Shown: positions 50,000 through 61,796, counted from the first letter of the stretch. The stretch: DNA of 64,000 nucleotides from Geopsychrobacteraceae bacterium (GCA_963662315.1 OY759353.1:2848001-2912000); one strand, 5' to 3'. Notes: generated by a model from the sequence alone, not told the origin. Program-made: numbers and translations.

Positions 50000-51163
50000 T
50001 TAAAGAGCGACCAGAACCCGTGAGGGTTCGATCCTGGCACCCTTTAATGCCGGATAGCTGGCAGCAACAACGGTGATGACGGAAAATATGCTGAGCGACG
50101 CCAGCAGATGCAACGATGAAAAAGTCGGCACGATACCGTCAGCCAGATTCAAAAATTCCAGCACGCGGAAACTGGCTCCGAAACCCGCGAAATAACCGAG
50201 AACCCCGGCCAGTCCGCCTACAAAGCCTGCTTCAATACAGAAAATGGTGAATATTTGTCTTTTGCCATAGCCAAGGGAACGCAAAATACCAATATCTTTC
50301 TTGCGCTCATTAACGGCGGACAGCATTGACAGGCCAACCATGCAGACCGCCGTAACCAGGATAATCAGACTCACCGCCAAGGCCAGCTGCTGGACAAAAT
50401 GTACCGAGGCCATGCGCTGCACAACAACATGGCGCAGAGCGCTGATCTTGGCTCCCGGCAGCGCAGATTGAAGCTGAGCGACGATGTCCTCGATAGGGCA
50501 ACCGGCGCACAGGGCTGCCACTTCGATAAAGCTGGTACTGTTCGTACGTCCCATTAGCTGCTGCAGGTGCGGCAAACCCATGAATATGACACCATCATCC
50601 TCGGATCCGGTGGCATAAAGAGATGCGGTCACGGTAAAATCATGGCCCAGTAAAGACACAACATCACCGGTCTTAAGCCCCAGCTGTTCAGCGGCATGAC
50701 TTCCGACCAGCACTTCTCCTTCCTGGCCACTGAAGGTCCCGTTGCTGGCCCAGTAACTCTTGATCCGGCGTTCCTGCTCCCAATCAATACCGACAACCGC
50801 AACACCGCTTCCGTTGACATTGGCCAGGGTCACCAATTTGGGCGCTACAGCGCTGATGCGCTCATTCAGCGCAATACCATGAATAGCTTCAACCGTTTGA
50901 CGTTCCTCCAAATTCTGGACATCAAAGAGCATATCCCCCATGTGAAAACCGCCATAACTGAGGCTGAGAGCCTCCGTTTTGGGTGAAATAACGATATTGG
51001 CGCCAAAAGCCGTGAGCTTTCTCTCCAGGCTTTCCCCGACGACACGGGACACCTGGAACAGCGCAACAATCGACATGACACCGAGACTGAAGACAAACAG
51101 CAACAGCAGTGTCTTGGAAGGCTTGCGCCGCATGTTGCGCAGGGGAATGGTCAGGATATTCAT
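50000..51163 (-). CDS. ABC transporter permease (FtsX/MacB-like)
   Basis: One TM + periplasmic domain + 3 TM; ERKKDIGILRSLG; LCAGCP motif. Confidence 0.9.
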   Translation of the reverse strand: MNILTIPLRNMRRKPSKTLLLLFVFSLGVMSIVALFQVSRVVGESLERKLTAFGANIVISPKTEALSLSYGGFHMGDMLFDVQNLEERQTVEAIHGIALNERISAVAPKLVTLANVNGSGVAVVGIDWEQERRIKSYWASNGTFSGQEGEVLVGSHAAEQLGLKTGDVVSLLGHDFTVTASLYATGSEDDGVIFMGLPHLQQLMGRTNSTSFIEVAALCAGCPIEDIVAQLQSALPGAKISALRHVVVQRMASVHFVQQLALAVSLIILVTAVCMVGLSMLSAVNERKKDIGILRSLGYGKRQIFTIFCIEAGFVGGLAGVLGYFAGFGASFRVLEFLNLADGIVPTFSSLHLLASLSIFSVITVVAASYPALKGARIEPSRVLVAL

Positions 51164-51173
51164 CTGCTCCTCC

Positions 51174-51635
51174 TTAAAAGAAACGGGCTCCCGGAAGAAT
51201 ATCCCTCTCTTTAATCGTCAACAGGTTACCGGCAATTTCGCGCTTCAGTGGTGCGGGGTTACACCCTCCCTGAACCACGTTGACCCGGCTGCTGTGAAAG
51301 CGCTGGCCACAGTTGTTACAAACCATGTACTCGTCATCCTGCGAGTAGCCTTTGCGCTCGGGATAACAGACGTCACAGGCATCAAAGGCGGCTCTCAATA
51401 CACCATCGGGACTTTTGACGACAAAAAATTTGATCTCACGACCATCCTTTTTATAGACGTAATAATGAGCATTGCCGTCATTGATGTCAGTAACATCAAA
51501 CGTGACCTCACCGTCAGCCGCGTGTACGGTTTTAACCGCACTGAACATACCCAGATCCGCAACATAGAACAGAGTAAACGCCACCAGACCGATCAGGCCG
51601 ACAGCAACAGTAATAAGCAGAGTATTTCTGGACAT
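51174..51635 (-). CDS. DUF2318 membrane Fe-S/metal-binding protein
   Basis: FDACDVC, VCNNCG, GGCNP.P. Confidence 0.88.
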   Translation of the reverse strand: MSRNTLLITVAVGLIGLVAFTLFYVADLGMFSAVKTVHAADGEVTFDVTDINDGNAHYYVYKKDGREIKFFVVKSPDGVLRAAFDACDVCYPERKGYSQDDEYMVCNNCGQRFHSSRVNVVQGGCNPAPLKREIAGNLLTIKERDILPGARFF

Positions 51636-51720
51636 AATTTTATCCTTATCATCGCTATAGAAATCTGTACGTGTGAGCCACACGGGCTCTCACCGCTAAA
51701 AGCAAGTGAGCCGACAGACA

Positions 51721-52128
51721 CTAATGGAGATAAGAACAATAGAGTTTATAAATGGGAGGAGATACGTCAGGAGAGCTGTGATAACGGTCTGTCAGCCGTT
51801 GAACACTCTGTTCATAGGCAATAACAGGCACCTCAATAGGTGAAACAAGGAACAGATCCAGCGATAACGAGGAAGGCAGCAGCGATTCATGGCTACTTTG
51901 GGGCTGATCGCAGAAAGAACCGTCGGCGCAGGGAGACGCATCATGGTCTTGGCCATGAGCCATCCTTTGTTCCGGAACCGAGGTTGGCATGCAGCATGAT
52001 AACTTGGCCGGCGCGTCAAAAGAATGCTCACAGGCCAAAGAACAGTGATCAGCACCCGCAACTATCCCGGCACTGGCAAGTATCACCAGCAAAACCAGAG
52101 CAGTTATTTTGCGCAGCACCTTCAGCAT
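51721..52128 (-). CDS. exported Cys/His-rich small protein heading the DUF2318-ABC operon
   Basis: Signal peptide; HC..AC, SCC, C....FC; C-terminal SPPIYKLYCSYLH. Confidence 0.6.
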   Translation of the reverse strand: MLKVLRKITALVLLVILASAGIVAGADHCSLACEHSFDAPAKLSCCMPTSVPEQRMAHGQDHDASPCADGSFCDQPQSSHESLLPSSLSLDLFLVSPIEVPVIAYEQSVQRLTDRYHSSPDVSPPIYKLYCSYLH

Positions 52129-52352
52129 TCCATTTATCCTTTAAGAGCAATCGGATGACAGGACAGAAAAAGCGCAATCTCTATCCCTACCGACAAACTA
52201 AAGAATAATCACAGAACAAGTCAATGTTTTTTATCTCTCTTGTCAAGTAAAAGCGACAAATTGAGATTCACTTTACTTCCTCGGGGAGGCAGGTTTACAC
52301 TTACCTTTTTAATGAACGTCATGATGGCTGATTCTCGGTCAGCGAGGGCAAT

Positions 52353-53336
52353 ATGAACAAAACGTCACACCCATTCGATAAACTCACCCCCGACTTCATT
52401 ATGGATGCCGTCGAATCCCTCGGTTACCGCTGTGATTATCGCATTCTGACCCTCAACAGCTATGAAAACCGGGTCTATCAGGTCGGAATTGACGAGGCAG
52501 AGCCGCTGATTGTCAAATTTTACCGCCCTGACCGCTGGAATAAAGCCCAGCTTAGCGAAGAACACCAATTTATCGAAGAGCTCGCTGCGCATGAGCTACC
52601 GGTGGTAGCGCCCCTGCAAGATGCACAAGGGGAAACCCTGCACCGCTTTCACGGCTTTTATTTTTCATTATCACCACGCCGGGGTGGTCATTCCCCTGAA
52701 CTTGCCAACCTTGAACATCTGCAGGTGATTGGCCGCCTGCTCGGGCGTATTCATGCCATCGGCATGCAGCACCCGTTCCGCCATCGCCCGACACTGACCC
52801 CGCAAAGTTTTGGTCACGAATCGGTTAACTTCCTGCTTGGCAGTGACTGTATTCCCGGCGATTACCGGGCGGCCTATGAATCACTGACTCGGGACCTGCT
52901 GGCCAGCATAGATGAGCGCTTTTCCGCAGTGACTGCACGCAACATTCGGGTGCATGGCGACTGCCACTGCGGCAACATGCTGTGGCGGGATGACGCCCCT
53001 CATTTTGTTGATTTTGATGACACCCGCATGGCGCCTGCCATCCAAGACTTATGGATGCTGCTCTCAGGGCAGGAAGATCAGCAACAACAGCAGTTGGGAA
53101 AAATTCTTGATGGATACTATCAATTCTGCGATTTCAACCCGACCGAGCTGCAACTGATCGAACCGTTGCGCACCCTGCGCATTATCAACTACAGTGCCTG
53201 GCTGGCGCGACGCTGGGATGATCCGGCCTTCCCCCGCACCTTCCCCTGGTTTAACACTGTTCAGTACTGGGGCGAGCATATTCTTGAACTGCGCGAACAG
53301 CTGGCGGCCTTGCAGGAACCACCACTTACCCTATAA
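52353..53336 (+). CDS. srkA: stress-response Ser/Thr kinase SrkA (RdoA/YihE)
   Basis: LNSYENRVY, KFYRP.RW, HGDCH.GN, VDFDD, RRW.DPAFP. Confidence 0.95.
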   Translation: MNKTSHPFDKLTPDFIMDAVESLGYRCDYRILTLNSYENRVYQVGIDEAEPLIVKFYRPDRWNKAQLSEEHQFIEELAAHELPVVAPLQDAQGETLHRFHGFYFSLSPRRGGHSPELANLEHLQVIGRLLGRIHAIGMQHPFRHRPTLTPQSFGHESVNFLLGSDCIPGDYRAAYESLTRDLLASIDERFSAVTARNIRVHGDCHCGNMLWRDDAPHFVDFDDTRMAPAIQDLWMLLSGQEDQQQQQLGKILDGYYQFCDFNPTELQLIEPLRTLRIINYSAWLARRWDDPAFPRTFPWFNTVQYWGEHILELREQLAALQEPPLTL

Positions 53337-53440
53337 AACTTCAGCACGTAATCCGCGCCTTGTTGAACATCCTTCTCCATGAGGAAGCAGCTGCCCACAG
53401 GGCAGATGAGGGGGGGGGCGTCTCTCTTACCCCTTTCGTC

Positions 53441-53486
53441 AAAGAAAAAGCGGCCCCCGGAAGTGCCGGAAAGCCGCTTTTTCTTT
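53441..53486. terminator. bidirectional intrinsic terminator
   Basis: AAAGAAAAAGCGGC...GCCGCTTTTTCTTT between convergent genes. Confidence 0.75.
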
Positions 53487-53509
53487 CCCTAATCTGTGTA
53501 AGAGTGTGC

Positions 53510-53944
53510 TCAACCGGACTTGATATACCTCGTCAGCTGATTAATCATAAACTCTTTTTCCTCAATGGTCGCTTTGACCAGGTCGCCGATGGAAATGATA
53601 CCTACCAGTTTGCCGTCCTCCAGAACCGGTAAATGCCGATGGCGTGCTTCCGTCATCATCGCCATGCACTCCTCTATGGTATCACTCGGACTGGTGAACA
53701 TGACATTTTCACTCATGATCCTGAGCACAGGGGTATCCGGGGAAGCGATCCCCTTAAGGCGAACCTTACGAGCATAGTCCCGTTCGGACAGCAGGCCAAT
53801 CACGGTCTCACCATCCATGACAACAACGGAACCAACATCCGCCTCTGCCATTTTTTCCAAGGCACTCAGCACGGTATCGGTTTTGCCAACAGTTAAAACA
53901 TCCGTTCCCTTTTCCTGGAGAATATCCTTTACATAGAGCTTCAT
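53510..53944 (-). CDS. CBS domain protein
   Basis: Tandem CBS motifs; SERDYARKV, RHLPV, GIISIGD. Confidence 0.92.
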   Translation of the reverse strand: MKLYVKDILQEKGTDVLTVGKTDTVLSALEKMAEADVGSVVVMDGETVIGLLSERDYARKVRLKGIASPDTPVLRIMSENVMFTSPSDTIEECMAMMTEARHRHLPVLEDGKLVGIISIGDLVKATIEEKEFMINQLTRYIKSG

Positions 53945-54154
53945 GGTCGACCTCCCAGCAATAAAACAATGGTATTTTGAAAGTTTAGCGTTTCAGTAAC
54001 CAATGTCAAACCTCCAAGTACCTATTTTAACGTTTTTTTCTAACTACCTGCTTGCACCTTATGACGCTGATTTTATTTTTTTGTTATAATTAGCGGAAAT
54101 TCCTTACGCCTCGACATATCAACCCGATAAATGATCTTTCTGAACCGGAGTGTT

Positions 54155-55492
54155 ATGTTTCATATTAAAAAAGGACTACAATTACCGCTTTGTGGTGCCC
54201 CTTCCCAACAGATTGATACGCCTGCGCCTTCGGCCCATGTCGCGCTGCTTGGATGTGACTTTCCCCAGCTTAAACCAACCCTCCTGGTGGATGAAGGCGA
54301 TTCGGTGTCCCTGGGGCAACCTTTAATGAAGGATAAAAAGCACCCCCGGATTCTGTTTACCGCTCCTGCTGCGGGCCGCATTACAGCTATTCATCGTGGC
54401 TACCGCAGGGCCTTTGTGTCACTGGTTATTAAAGTCGAAGGTCATGATGAGCTGAGTTTTCAGGCACTGAAAGAGCTTGATCCGCAGCAGCTCACCAGCG
54501 AGCAGATCGAAGAACACTTGCTTGCATCCGGCTTATGGCCAGCATTTCGCACCCGCCCCTATGACCATATCCCTCAACCGGATAGCCGCCCGGCGGCACT
54601 TTTTGTTACCGCTATCGATACCAACCCGCTGGCTCCCGATCCACGCCTGATCATTGGAGAAAGTCCTGAGTTCTTTTACGCCGGGCTGCAGATCCTGCAA
54701 CGCCTGGTGAACACGACCATTCACCTGTGTACGGCTCCCGATGCTGACTATTCTTACCCCAACGGCATCAGCGTCAGTCAATTTGCCGGGCCACACCCGG
54801 CAGGCCTGGCCGGAACCCATATTCATTTTCTGGAGAAAGTCAACCAGCACCGGACCGTCTGGCATATCGGCTATCAGGATGTCATCGCCATCGGCCACCT
54901 GTTCAGCACCGGTCGCATTATGACTGAAAGGATTATTTCTCTGGCTGGCCCGCTGGTCCATAGGCCGCGCCTGCTGAGGGTCAGAACCGGTGTAAATCTT
55001 CAGGAATTGCTTAACAACGAAGTCTCCGGTGACCATCCCCGCATTATTTCCGGTTCGATTTTTTCCGGGCATCAGGCCAGCGAGCCGGTCGCTTTTCTGG
55101 GGCGCTATCACAATCAGGTCACCGTTCTCGGTGAGGACCGTGAACGCGCTCTACTCGGCTGGTTGCGCCCCGGTCTGCATAAGTTCTCGGTAAAAAATCT
55201 GTTTGTCTCAAGCTTTCTTTCGTCCCGCCCTCTGCCGTTAACAACGACAACCAATGGCAGTGTCCGGGCCATGGTCCCGATTGGGGCCTATGAAAACGTG
55301 ATGCCCCTGAATATCAAGGCAACCTGGCTTTTGCGGTCACTCATGACCCTCGACACGGATCTGGCCCAGAAACTTGGCTGCCTGGAACTTGCCGAAGAAG
55401 ATCTGGCCCTGTGCAGCTTCGTCTGCGCCGGAAAAATCGATTACGGTCATCACCTGCGCCAGGCATTGATCAAAATTGAAGAAGAGGGATGA
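54155..55492 (+). CDS. nqrA: Na+-translocating NADH:quinone reductase subunit A
   Basis: [31 protein letters not shown]. Confidence 0.95.
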   Translation: MFHIKKGLQLPLCGAPSQQIDTPAPSAHVALLGCDFPQLKPTLLVDEGDSVSLGQPLMKDKKHPRILFTAPAAGRITAIHRGYRRAFVSLVIKVEGHDELSFQALKELDPQQLTSEQIEEHLLASGLWPAFRTRPYDHIPQPDSRPAALFVTAIDTNPLAPDPRLIIGESPEFFYAGLQILQRLVNTTIHLCTAPDADYSYPNGISVSQFAGPHPAGLAGTHIHFLEKVNQHRTVWHIGYQDVIAIGHLFSTGRIMTERIISLAGPLVHRPRLLRVRTGVNLQELLNNEVSGDHPRIISGSIFSGHQASEPVAFLGRYHNQVTVLGEDRERALLGWLRPGLHKFSVKNLFVSSFLSSRPLPLTTTTNGSVRAMVPIGAYENVMPLNIKATWLLRSLMTLDTDLAQKLGCLELAEEDLALCSFVCAGKIDYGHHLRQALIKIEEEG

Positions 55493-56700
55493 ACATGGGA
55501 CTGCGAAAAATACTTGATGATATCCATCCCCATATGACTGAAGGGGGGAAATTCGCCCGCTTTTATCCCCTCTATGAAGCCCTGGACAGCTTTCTCTATA
55601 CCCCAGGGGAAGTGACTACCGGCCCACCCCATGTCCGCGATGCCATGGATCTTAAACGGGTGATGATTACCGTTGTTGTCGCCCTGCTCCCCTGCTTTTT
55701 TATGGCCATGTGGAATACCGGCTACCAGGCCAATCTCGTCATGCATCTTGGTGGCGCTGAGGTACCCGGCTGGCGTGGCGGTTTGTTAAAGCTGCTGGGT
55801 TTCAGTGCCGACCCGACAAGCTTTCTCGACAACCTTATGTACGGGGCGGTGTGGTTCATTCCCATTTACCTGGTCACCAATATCGTCGGTGGTCTGTGGG
55901 AGGCCTTATTCTGCATCGTCCGCAAGCATGACCTGAACGAAGGATTTCTGGTTACCGGCTCGCTCTTTCCCCTCATCTGCCCACCCACGCTGCCGTTGTG
56001 GCAGGTGGCTTTGGGGATCAGCTTCGGGGTTGTTATCGGCAAAGAGATTTTCGGCGGCACCGGGAAAAACTTCCTCAACCCGGCCCTGACCGGCAGAGCG
56101 TTTCTGTTTTTTGCTTACCCGGCCCAGATCAGCGGCAACCAGGTCTGGACCGCCGTCGATGGTTTCAGCGGCGCTACCGCCTTAAGTCATGCTGCCGAAG
56201 GTGGTGTTGCAGCGATTCAGCAGTTCACCAGCTGGTTTGCCGCTTTTGTCGGAACCATCCCCGGCTCCATGGGAGAAACGTCTACCCTGGCCTGCCTGTT
56301 TGGTGCCCTGGTTCTGATCGTCACCGGCATCGGATCCTGGCGGGTCATGCTCGCGACTCTGCTTGGAGCGCTGACCATGATCCTGCTGTTTAATGCCATC
56401 GGCAGTGACAGTAATCCCATGTTTGCCCTTGGCCCGCACTGGCACCTGGTTATCGGTGGCTTTGCCTTCGGCCTGGTGTTCATGACCACCGACCCGGTTT
56501 CCGGAGCGATGACCAATGAGGGGAAGTGGTTTTACGGTTTCCTGATCGGTGCCATGTGCATCCTGATCCGGGTGGTCAACCCGGCGTTCCCTGAAGGGAT
56601 GATGCTGGCCATCCTGTTCGGCAACGTGTTTGCCCCAATCATCGACCAGCTGGTACTCAAGGTTCATATCAGGCGGAGGTTACGGCATGTCGAAAGATAG
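55489..56700 (+). CDS. nqrB: Na+-NQR subunit B
   Basis: [19 protein letters not shown] site DGFSGAT. Confidence 0.95.
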   Translation: MNMGLRKILDDIHPHMTEGGKFARFYPLYEALDSFLYTPGEVTTGPPHVRDAMDLKRVMITVVVALLPCFFMAMWNTGYQANLVMHLGGAEVPGWRGGLLKLLGFSADPTSFLDNLMYGAVWFIPIYLVTNIVGGLWEALFCIVRKHDLNEGFLVTGSLFPLICPPTLPLWQVALGISFGVVIGKEIFGGTGKNFLNPALTGRAFLFFAYPAQISGNQVWTAVDGFSGATALSHAAEGGVAAIQQFTSWFAAFVGTIPGSMGETSTLACLFGALVLIVTGIGSWRVMLATLLGALTMILLFNAIGSDSNPMFALGPHWHLVIGGFAFGLVFMTTDPVSGAMTNEGKWFYGFLIGAMCILIRVVNPAFPEGMMLAILFGNVFAPIIDQLVLKVHIRRRLRHVER

Positions 56701-57463
56701 TACGTCCCATGTCCTGATCGTTGCTCTGTTGCTGTGTGTGGTCTGCTCGGTGCTGGTCTCCGCAGCGGCGGTTGGCCTGAGAGACCGGCAGGAACTGAAC
56801 AAAGCCACAGAAAAACGCAAAAACATTCTGCAGGCAGCCGGACTTTACCATGACGATCAACCGGTCAATGAGCAGTTTGCCCATATTCAAACGCGCCTGG
56901 TCGATCTGCAGACCGGGACCTTCAGCGAGCGCTTTGACCCCACCACTTTTGACAGCCGGTCAGCGAGCCGCGATCCCGCCACCAGCTACCGGATCCCGCC
57001 GGATCTGGACCGGGCAGGAATCAAGGACCGTTCCCGCTATAAGGATGTTTATCTGGTCATGCAGGGGGACCAGCTCGAGCAACTGATCCTGCCGGTGCAT
57101 GGAAAAGGGTTATGGTCCACCATGTATGGCTTTATCGCCCTCGCAGGGGACCTGAACACCGTTAACGGTTTTGCCTTCTATGAGCATGGCGAGACCCCCG
57201 GTCTGGGTGGCGAAATAGATAACCCGGCCTGGAAACGCCAGTGGCGCGGCAAAGAAATCTACGGTCCTGACGGCAAGGTGCGGATTGAGGTCATCAAGGG
57301 CAGCGTAGTCAAGAGCGATCCGCAGGCTCAGTTCAAAGCTGACGGGCTGGCCGGCGCAACCCTCACCTCGCGCGGCGTAGAAAACCTGCTCAGGTACTGG
57401 CTGGGGGCAAACGGCTATCAGCCGTTCCTGGCCCGCCTGAAACGCGAAGGAGTCCACCTATGA
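56687..57463 (+). CDS. nqrC: Na+-NQR subunit C
   Basis: [31 protein letters not shown]. Confidence 0.95.
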   Translation: MSKDSTSHVLIVALLLCVVCSVLVSAAAVGLRDRQELNKATEKRKNILQAAGLYHDDQPVNEQFAHIQTRLVDLQTGTFSERFDPTTFDSRSASRDPATSYRIPPDLDRAGIKDRSRYKDVYLVMQGDQLEQLILPVHGKGLWSTMYGFIALAGDLNTVNGFAFYEHGETPGLGGEIDNPAWKRQWRGKEIYGPDGKVRIEVIKGSVVKSDPQAQFKADGLAGATLTSRGVENLLRYWLGANGYQPFLARLKREGVHL

Positions 57464-58083
57464 GCAAAGCAAAAGACGCACTGCTCGACCCGCTGTTCGA
57501 CAAAAATCCCATCGGCTTGCAGATTCTCGGTATCTGTTCGGCGCTGGCGGTAACGTCCAAGCTGGAAACCGTGGCGGTTATGGGTCTGGCGGTTATCTTC
57601 GTCGTTGCCGGTTCCAACTTTTCAGTCAGCCTGATCCGCCGCCAGGTGCCGGGCAACATCAGAATTCTGGTCGAAATCACTATCATCGCCACGCTGGTTA
57701 TCATTGTTGACCAATTTCTCAAGGCCTTTGCCTTCAGCGTCAGCAAGCAACTTTCAGTCTTTGTCGGGCTGATCATCACCAACTGTATTGTCCTCGGCCG
57801 CGCTGAAGCTTTCGCCATGAAAAATCCGCCGGGCTTAAGTCTGTTGGATGGGATCGGCAACGGACTCGGTTACAGTCTGGTGCTGCTGCTGGTCGGTTTC
57901 TGCCGCGAACTGTTTGGCGCCGGAAAACTGTTCGGCTTCACCATTTTTGCCACGACCAATGACGGCGGCTGGTATCTGCCTAATGGGCTGATGCTGCTGC
58001 CACCCAGCGCCTTCTTTATTATCGGGCTGTTGATCTGGGCGTTACGAACCTGGAAAACCGACCAGATTGAAGAGGAGAACTAG
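57460..58083 (+). CDS. nqrD: Na+-NQR subunit D
   Basis: [28 protein letters not shown]. Confidence 0.95.
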   Translation: MSKAKDALLDPLFDKNPIGLQILGICSALAVTSKLETVAVMGLAVIFVVAGSNFSVSLIRRQVPGNIRILVEITIIATLVIIVDQFLKAFAFSVSKQLSVFVGLIITNCIVLGRAEAFAMKNPPGLSLLDGIGNGLGYSLVLLLVGFCRELFGAGKLFGFTIFATTNDGGWYLPNGLMLLPPSAFFIIGLLIWALRTWKTDQIEEEN

Positions 58084-58086
58084 GGT

Positions 58087-58695
58087 ATGGAACATTACCT
58101 GAATATTCTGATCCGTTCAGTCTTCATCGAAAATATGGCGCTGGCCTTTTTCCTGGGTATGTGTACCTTTCTCGCGGTATCGCGCAAGGTTGATACCGCA
58201 CTGGGTCTGGGCGTTGCCGTGGTGGTCGTCCAGACCATTACCGTACCGGCCAACAACCTGATTTTTCAACATCTCCTAAAAGCAGGAGCGCTTGATTGGG
58301 CGGGCTTTGGAGGTCTTGACCTGACTTTCATTGGCCTTATCTGCTACATCGGCGTGATTGCCGCCATTGTCCAGATCCTGGAAATGATCCTCGACCGCTT
58401 TGTGCCGGCTCTTTACAACGCGCTGGGAATTTTTCTGCCGCTGATCACGGTCAACTGCGCCATTCTGGGTGGCTCGCTGTTTATGGTTGAGCGGGATTAC
58501 AATTTTCCCGAGAGCGTGGTTTTCGGCTTTGGCTCTGGACTGGGCTGGGCGCTGGCCATAGTAGCGCTGGCCGGTATTCGGGAAAAACTGAAATATGCCG
58601 ATGTTCCCGCCGGGCTGCGCGGCCTCGGTATTACTTTCATGACGGCCGGGCTGATGGCCATGGCGTTCATGGTCTTTTCCGGGATTCAACTTTAG
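58087..58695 (+). CDS. nqrE: Na+-NQR subunit E
   Basis: [21 protein letters not shown]. Confidence 0.95.
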   Translation: MEHYLNILIRSVFIENMALAFFLGMCTFLAVSRKVDTALGLGVAVVVVQTITVPANNLIFQHLLKAGALDWAGFGGLDLTFIGLICYIGVIAAIVQILEMILDRFVPALYNALGIFLPLITVNCAILGGSLFMVERDYNFPESVVFGFGSGLGWALAIVALAGIREKLKYADVPAGLRGLGITFMTAGLMAMAFMVFSGIQL

Positions 58696-58704
58696 GATGA
58701 AACT

Positions 58705-59931
58705 ATGACAGCAATTGCTCTCGGCGTATCCATCTTTACCCTGATCGTCATGGCCCTGGTCATTCTCATACTGCTGTCCAGATCCTGGCTGATCCCCTCT
58801 GGCGACGTGGTTTTGAACATCAATGATGATCCGGACAAAAAGTTGACCGTTCACCCGGGGGGAAAACTGCTCAGCGTACTCGCCGATCAGCAGATCTTTG
58901 TCCCTTCCGCCTGCGGTGGCGGTGGCACCTGCGCTCAGTGCCGGGTTAAAGTTCTCGAAGGGGGCGGCGACATCCTGCCAACCGAAACCGCACACATCAA
59001 CAAACGCGATGCCCGCGCGGGGTATCGCCTGTCCTGCCAGGTCAGCGTCAAACAGGATATGGCACTGGAACTGCCGGCCGAAATTTTTTCCATCAGCCGC
59101 TGGGAGTGCCGGGTGCGCTCCAACACCAGCCGGGCGACCTTCATCAAGGAACTGGTTCTCGAACTTCCTGAAGGGGAAAATCTCGATTTCCGTGCTGGTG
59201 GCTATATCCAGATCGAAGCGCCGCCACATAGCTGCGAATACAAGACGATGGACATCGCCGAACGCTTCCGCAACGACTGGGATAAATTCGATATCTGGCA
59301 ATATACATCGGAGGTCAAAGAACCGATCATGCGCGCCTATTCGATGGCCAACTACCCGGATGAAAAAGGCATTATCATGCTCAACGTGCGTGTCTGCCCG
59401 CCGCCGCCTGCTGTTCCTGGTGCGCCTCCCGGGCAAATGTCATCATTTATCTTCAATCTGAAACCCGGCGACACTGTTTTCGTATCCGGCCCTTACGGCG
59501 AATTCTTTGCGCGCGAAACCAATGCCGAAATGGTCTTTGTCGGTGGTGGTGCCGGTATGGCGCCGATGCGTTCGCATATTTTCGACCAGCTGAAACGCCT
59601 AGATTCAAAACGGAAAATTTCATTCTGGTATGGTGCCCGCAGCCGCAAAGAAGCCTTTTATGTTGATGAATTCGACCAGCTGGCCGCAGATCACCCAAAC
59701 TTCAAGTGGCATCTGGTCCTGTCGGAACCCCTCCCGGAAGATAACTGGAACGGCCCGACCGGCTTTGTTCATCAATACCTCTACAGCCATTATCTGGAAA
59801 ACCACCCGACCCCCGAGGATTGTGAATATTATCTGTGCGGTCCCCCGATGATGAACAAGGCGACCACCGACATGCTGTATAACCTTGGGGTTGATTACGA
59901 AAATATCATGTTCGATGATTTTGGCGTTTAA
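58705..59931 (+). CDS. nqrF: Na+-NQR subunit F
   Basis: [12 protein letters not shown] 2Fe-2S motif, [19 protein letters not shown]. Confidence 0.96.
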   Translation: MTAIALGVSIFTLIVMALVILILLSRSWLIPSGDVVLNINDDPDKKLTVHPGGKLLSVLADQQIFVPSACGGGGTCAQCRVKVLEGGGDILPTETAHINKRDARAGYRLSCQVSVKQDMALELPAEIFSISRWECRVRSNTSRATFIKELVLELPEGENLDFRAGGYIQIEAPPHSCEYKTMDIAERFRNDWDKFDIWQYTSEVKEPIMRAYSMANYPDEKGIIMLNVRVCPPPPAVPGAPPGQMSSFIFNLKPGDTVFVSGPYGEFFARETNAEMVFVGGGAGMAPMRSHIFDQLKRLDSKRKISFWYGARSRKEAFYVDEFDQLAADHPNFKWHLVLSEPLPEDNWNGPTGFVHQYLYSHYLENHPTPEDCEYYLCGPPMMNKATTDMLYNLGVDYENIMFDDFGV

Positions 59932-59949
59932 GCGCCTCAGGAGGCTGTT

Positions 59950-60408
59950 ATGCGTTACCAACAAACCCGCGAGGTGCTGCACAAATTGGCTCCGGAATAC
60001 CATCGCAAAGTGAAGGATTATTTCCAGCAACTCGCTGAATGTGACGTCTCGCCACGGGTCAGGCTGATGCTCGACTATCTGATCGGCCATGAAGAACAGC
60101 GTGCCCTGGCGCTGGCAGAATACTGCCAGCTGGCCTCTCGTCATGCTCTTGATTACTGGTTTAAAGGGGTGGAAATCCCCTTTCCTCAGCCGCAAGCCGA
60201 TCTGATCCCGGAAGCGGCCCGCAACAGCCTGGATGAACTGATCTGTGCAGCGGTCGGCTACAAGCAGCAACTGATCAGATATTACGACCACCTGCTTGAG
60301 AAAGCTGGGAGCAAAGAAAGCCGCCACCTTTTCCAAACCTTGCTGACTCAGGAAGAAAAAGCGATGAAACGAATGATCCGACATGCCCAGGGACTTGCTG
60401 ACCTTTAA
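59950..60408 (+). CDS. hypothetical protein, possibly a ferritin-like four-helix bundle
   Basis: AGGAGG RBS; helical pattern with HEE and QEE motifs. Confidence 0.6.
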   Translation: MRYQQTREVLHKLAPEYHRKVKDYFQQLAECDVSPRVRLMLDYLIGHEEQRALALAEYCQLASRHALDYWFKGVEIPFPQPQADLIPEAARNSLDELICAAVGYKQQLIRYYDHLLEKAGSKESRHLFQTLLTQEEKAMKRMIRHAQGLADL

Positions 60409-60409
60409 T

Positions 60410-61432
60410 ATGAAGATATTATTCCTGGCACTATTGCCCGCCATGCTTCTTATCGCCGGTTGCCAGCAGCAACCGGAAATCATCCGCCTTGGTGGCGACA
60501 CCATGGGGACCACCTGGTCTGTGACGGTGGTTCATGACCGGCAGCAGGTTAGCAATGGTGATCTGCAGACGTTACTGGAAAACCGCCTGGTTCAGATCAA
60601 CCAGCTGATGTCAACCTACGACCCTCAATCTGAGGTATCCCGCTTTAACAAAAAACAGAGTGATTCCTGGTTTCCCATTTCTGTCGAAACCTATCTGGTG
60701 ATCCGCCAGGCGCTCCAGATCAGTGAACTCAGTGGCGGTGCCTTTGACATCAGTGTCGGACCACTGGTTAACCTGTGGGGATTCGGAACAACGGGGCGTC
60801 CGCAGCAGCGGCCGACCCAGGAAGAGATTCGCTCTATTCTGGCATCAGTGGGGTATCAGCACCTCGAACTGAGAGCCCATCCTCCGCTGCTTAAAAAAGA
60901 TATTCCCGCGTTGCAGATCGATCTCTCTGCCATAGCCAAAGGCTATGCGGTTGATGCCCTGGGGAATGTTCTGCAACAACAAGGCTATCAGGATTTTCTG
61001 GTGGAAATCGGCGGGGAAATCCTCACCGCAGGGCGACGGCCAGGCAAGCAACTCTGGCGTATTGCAGTCGAAAAACCGGTGGAAGAAACCCGTGAAGTCG
61101 GCACCATCCTCACTATGACCGGAACTGCCATGGCGACATCAGGAAACTACCGCAATTTTTATGTTGAAGATGGACAACGTTATGTCCACACCATCGATCC
61201 TGTCAGCGGCCAGCCCATCATTCATAAGCTGGCTTCAGCGACAGTCCTCGATCCGTCCTGCGCCCGCGCGGACGCCCTTGCAACAACCCTGATGGTCATG
61301 GGGGAAGAAAAGGCGATTGCCTTCAGTGAAAAGCATGACATCCCAGTGTACCTGATGATCCATCATGGCGAAGAAACCGCAAACTACCAAAGTCCGGCAT
61401 TTAAAAAATTTCTTCAGGAGCAACAGCCATGA
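60410..61432 (+). CDS. apbE: FAD:protein FMN transferase ApbE (lipoprotein)
   Basis: Lipobox IAGC, TMGT, DLSAIAKGY.VD, ATSG.YR, H.IDP. Confidence 0.95.
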   Translation: MKILFLALLPAMLLIAGCQQQPEIIRLGGDTMGTTWSVTVVHDRQQVSNGDLQTLLENRLVQINQLMSTYDPQSEVSRFNKKQSDSWFPISVETYLVIRQALQISELSGGAFDISVGPLVNLWGFGTTGRPQQRPTQEEIRSILASVGYQHLELRAHPPLLKKDIPALQIDLSAIAKGYAVDALGNVLQQQGYQDFLVEIGGEILTAGRRPGKQLWRIAVEKPVEETREVGTILTMTGTAMATSGNYRNFYVEDGQRYVHTIDPVSGQPIIHKLASATVLDPSCARADALATTLMVMGEEKAIAFSEKHDIPVYLMIHHGEETANYQSPAFKKFLQEQQP

Positions 61433-61632
61433 AACTGTTTCTGATTGTCTTTATCCTGTTTCTGCTGGCCTTTACCGGCCTGGCCTGCGGACTTATCTTC
61501 AAACGCCGCGGCCTGCGGGGTGGTTGCCAGCAACATGGGAACGACCATGATTGCCAATGTCAGGAAGCAAATCAACACACCAGCAACGACGTAAGCAGTT
61601 CCTGTTGCAAAGCCAGCCACAAAACCCATTGA
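61429..61632 (+). CDS. NqrM-like small Cys-rich membrane protein
   Basis: One TM then Cys-rich tail; position after apbE. Confidence 0.55.
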   Translation: MKLFLIVFILFLLAFTGLACGLIFKRRGLRGGCQQHGNDHDCQCQEANQHTSNDVSSSCCKASHKTH

Positions 61633-61796
61633 GCACAAGGCCGCTTACAGACAATGGGCAAAAACTTGGCAAGGATAGATGCAGTTTGGTTCTTAAAGTG
61701 AGCGCATTACAGGCTTCATTCGCAAGACATTTGTCAATTAACATTGAAAAACGACCCGCTGGAGCACTTTTTCAACGCCAATTGACAGTCAGGCGT

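Noticed and set aside
52255..52280. Fur-like box upstream of the DUF2318 operon
   Set aside because: Only one half-site resembles the consensus; the dyad is too weak to call.
58276..59436. Long antisense ORFs (also 2092..3147, 50979..51824, 59620..60513)
   Set aside because: Shadow frames opposite well-supported genes, with no protein motifs.
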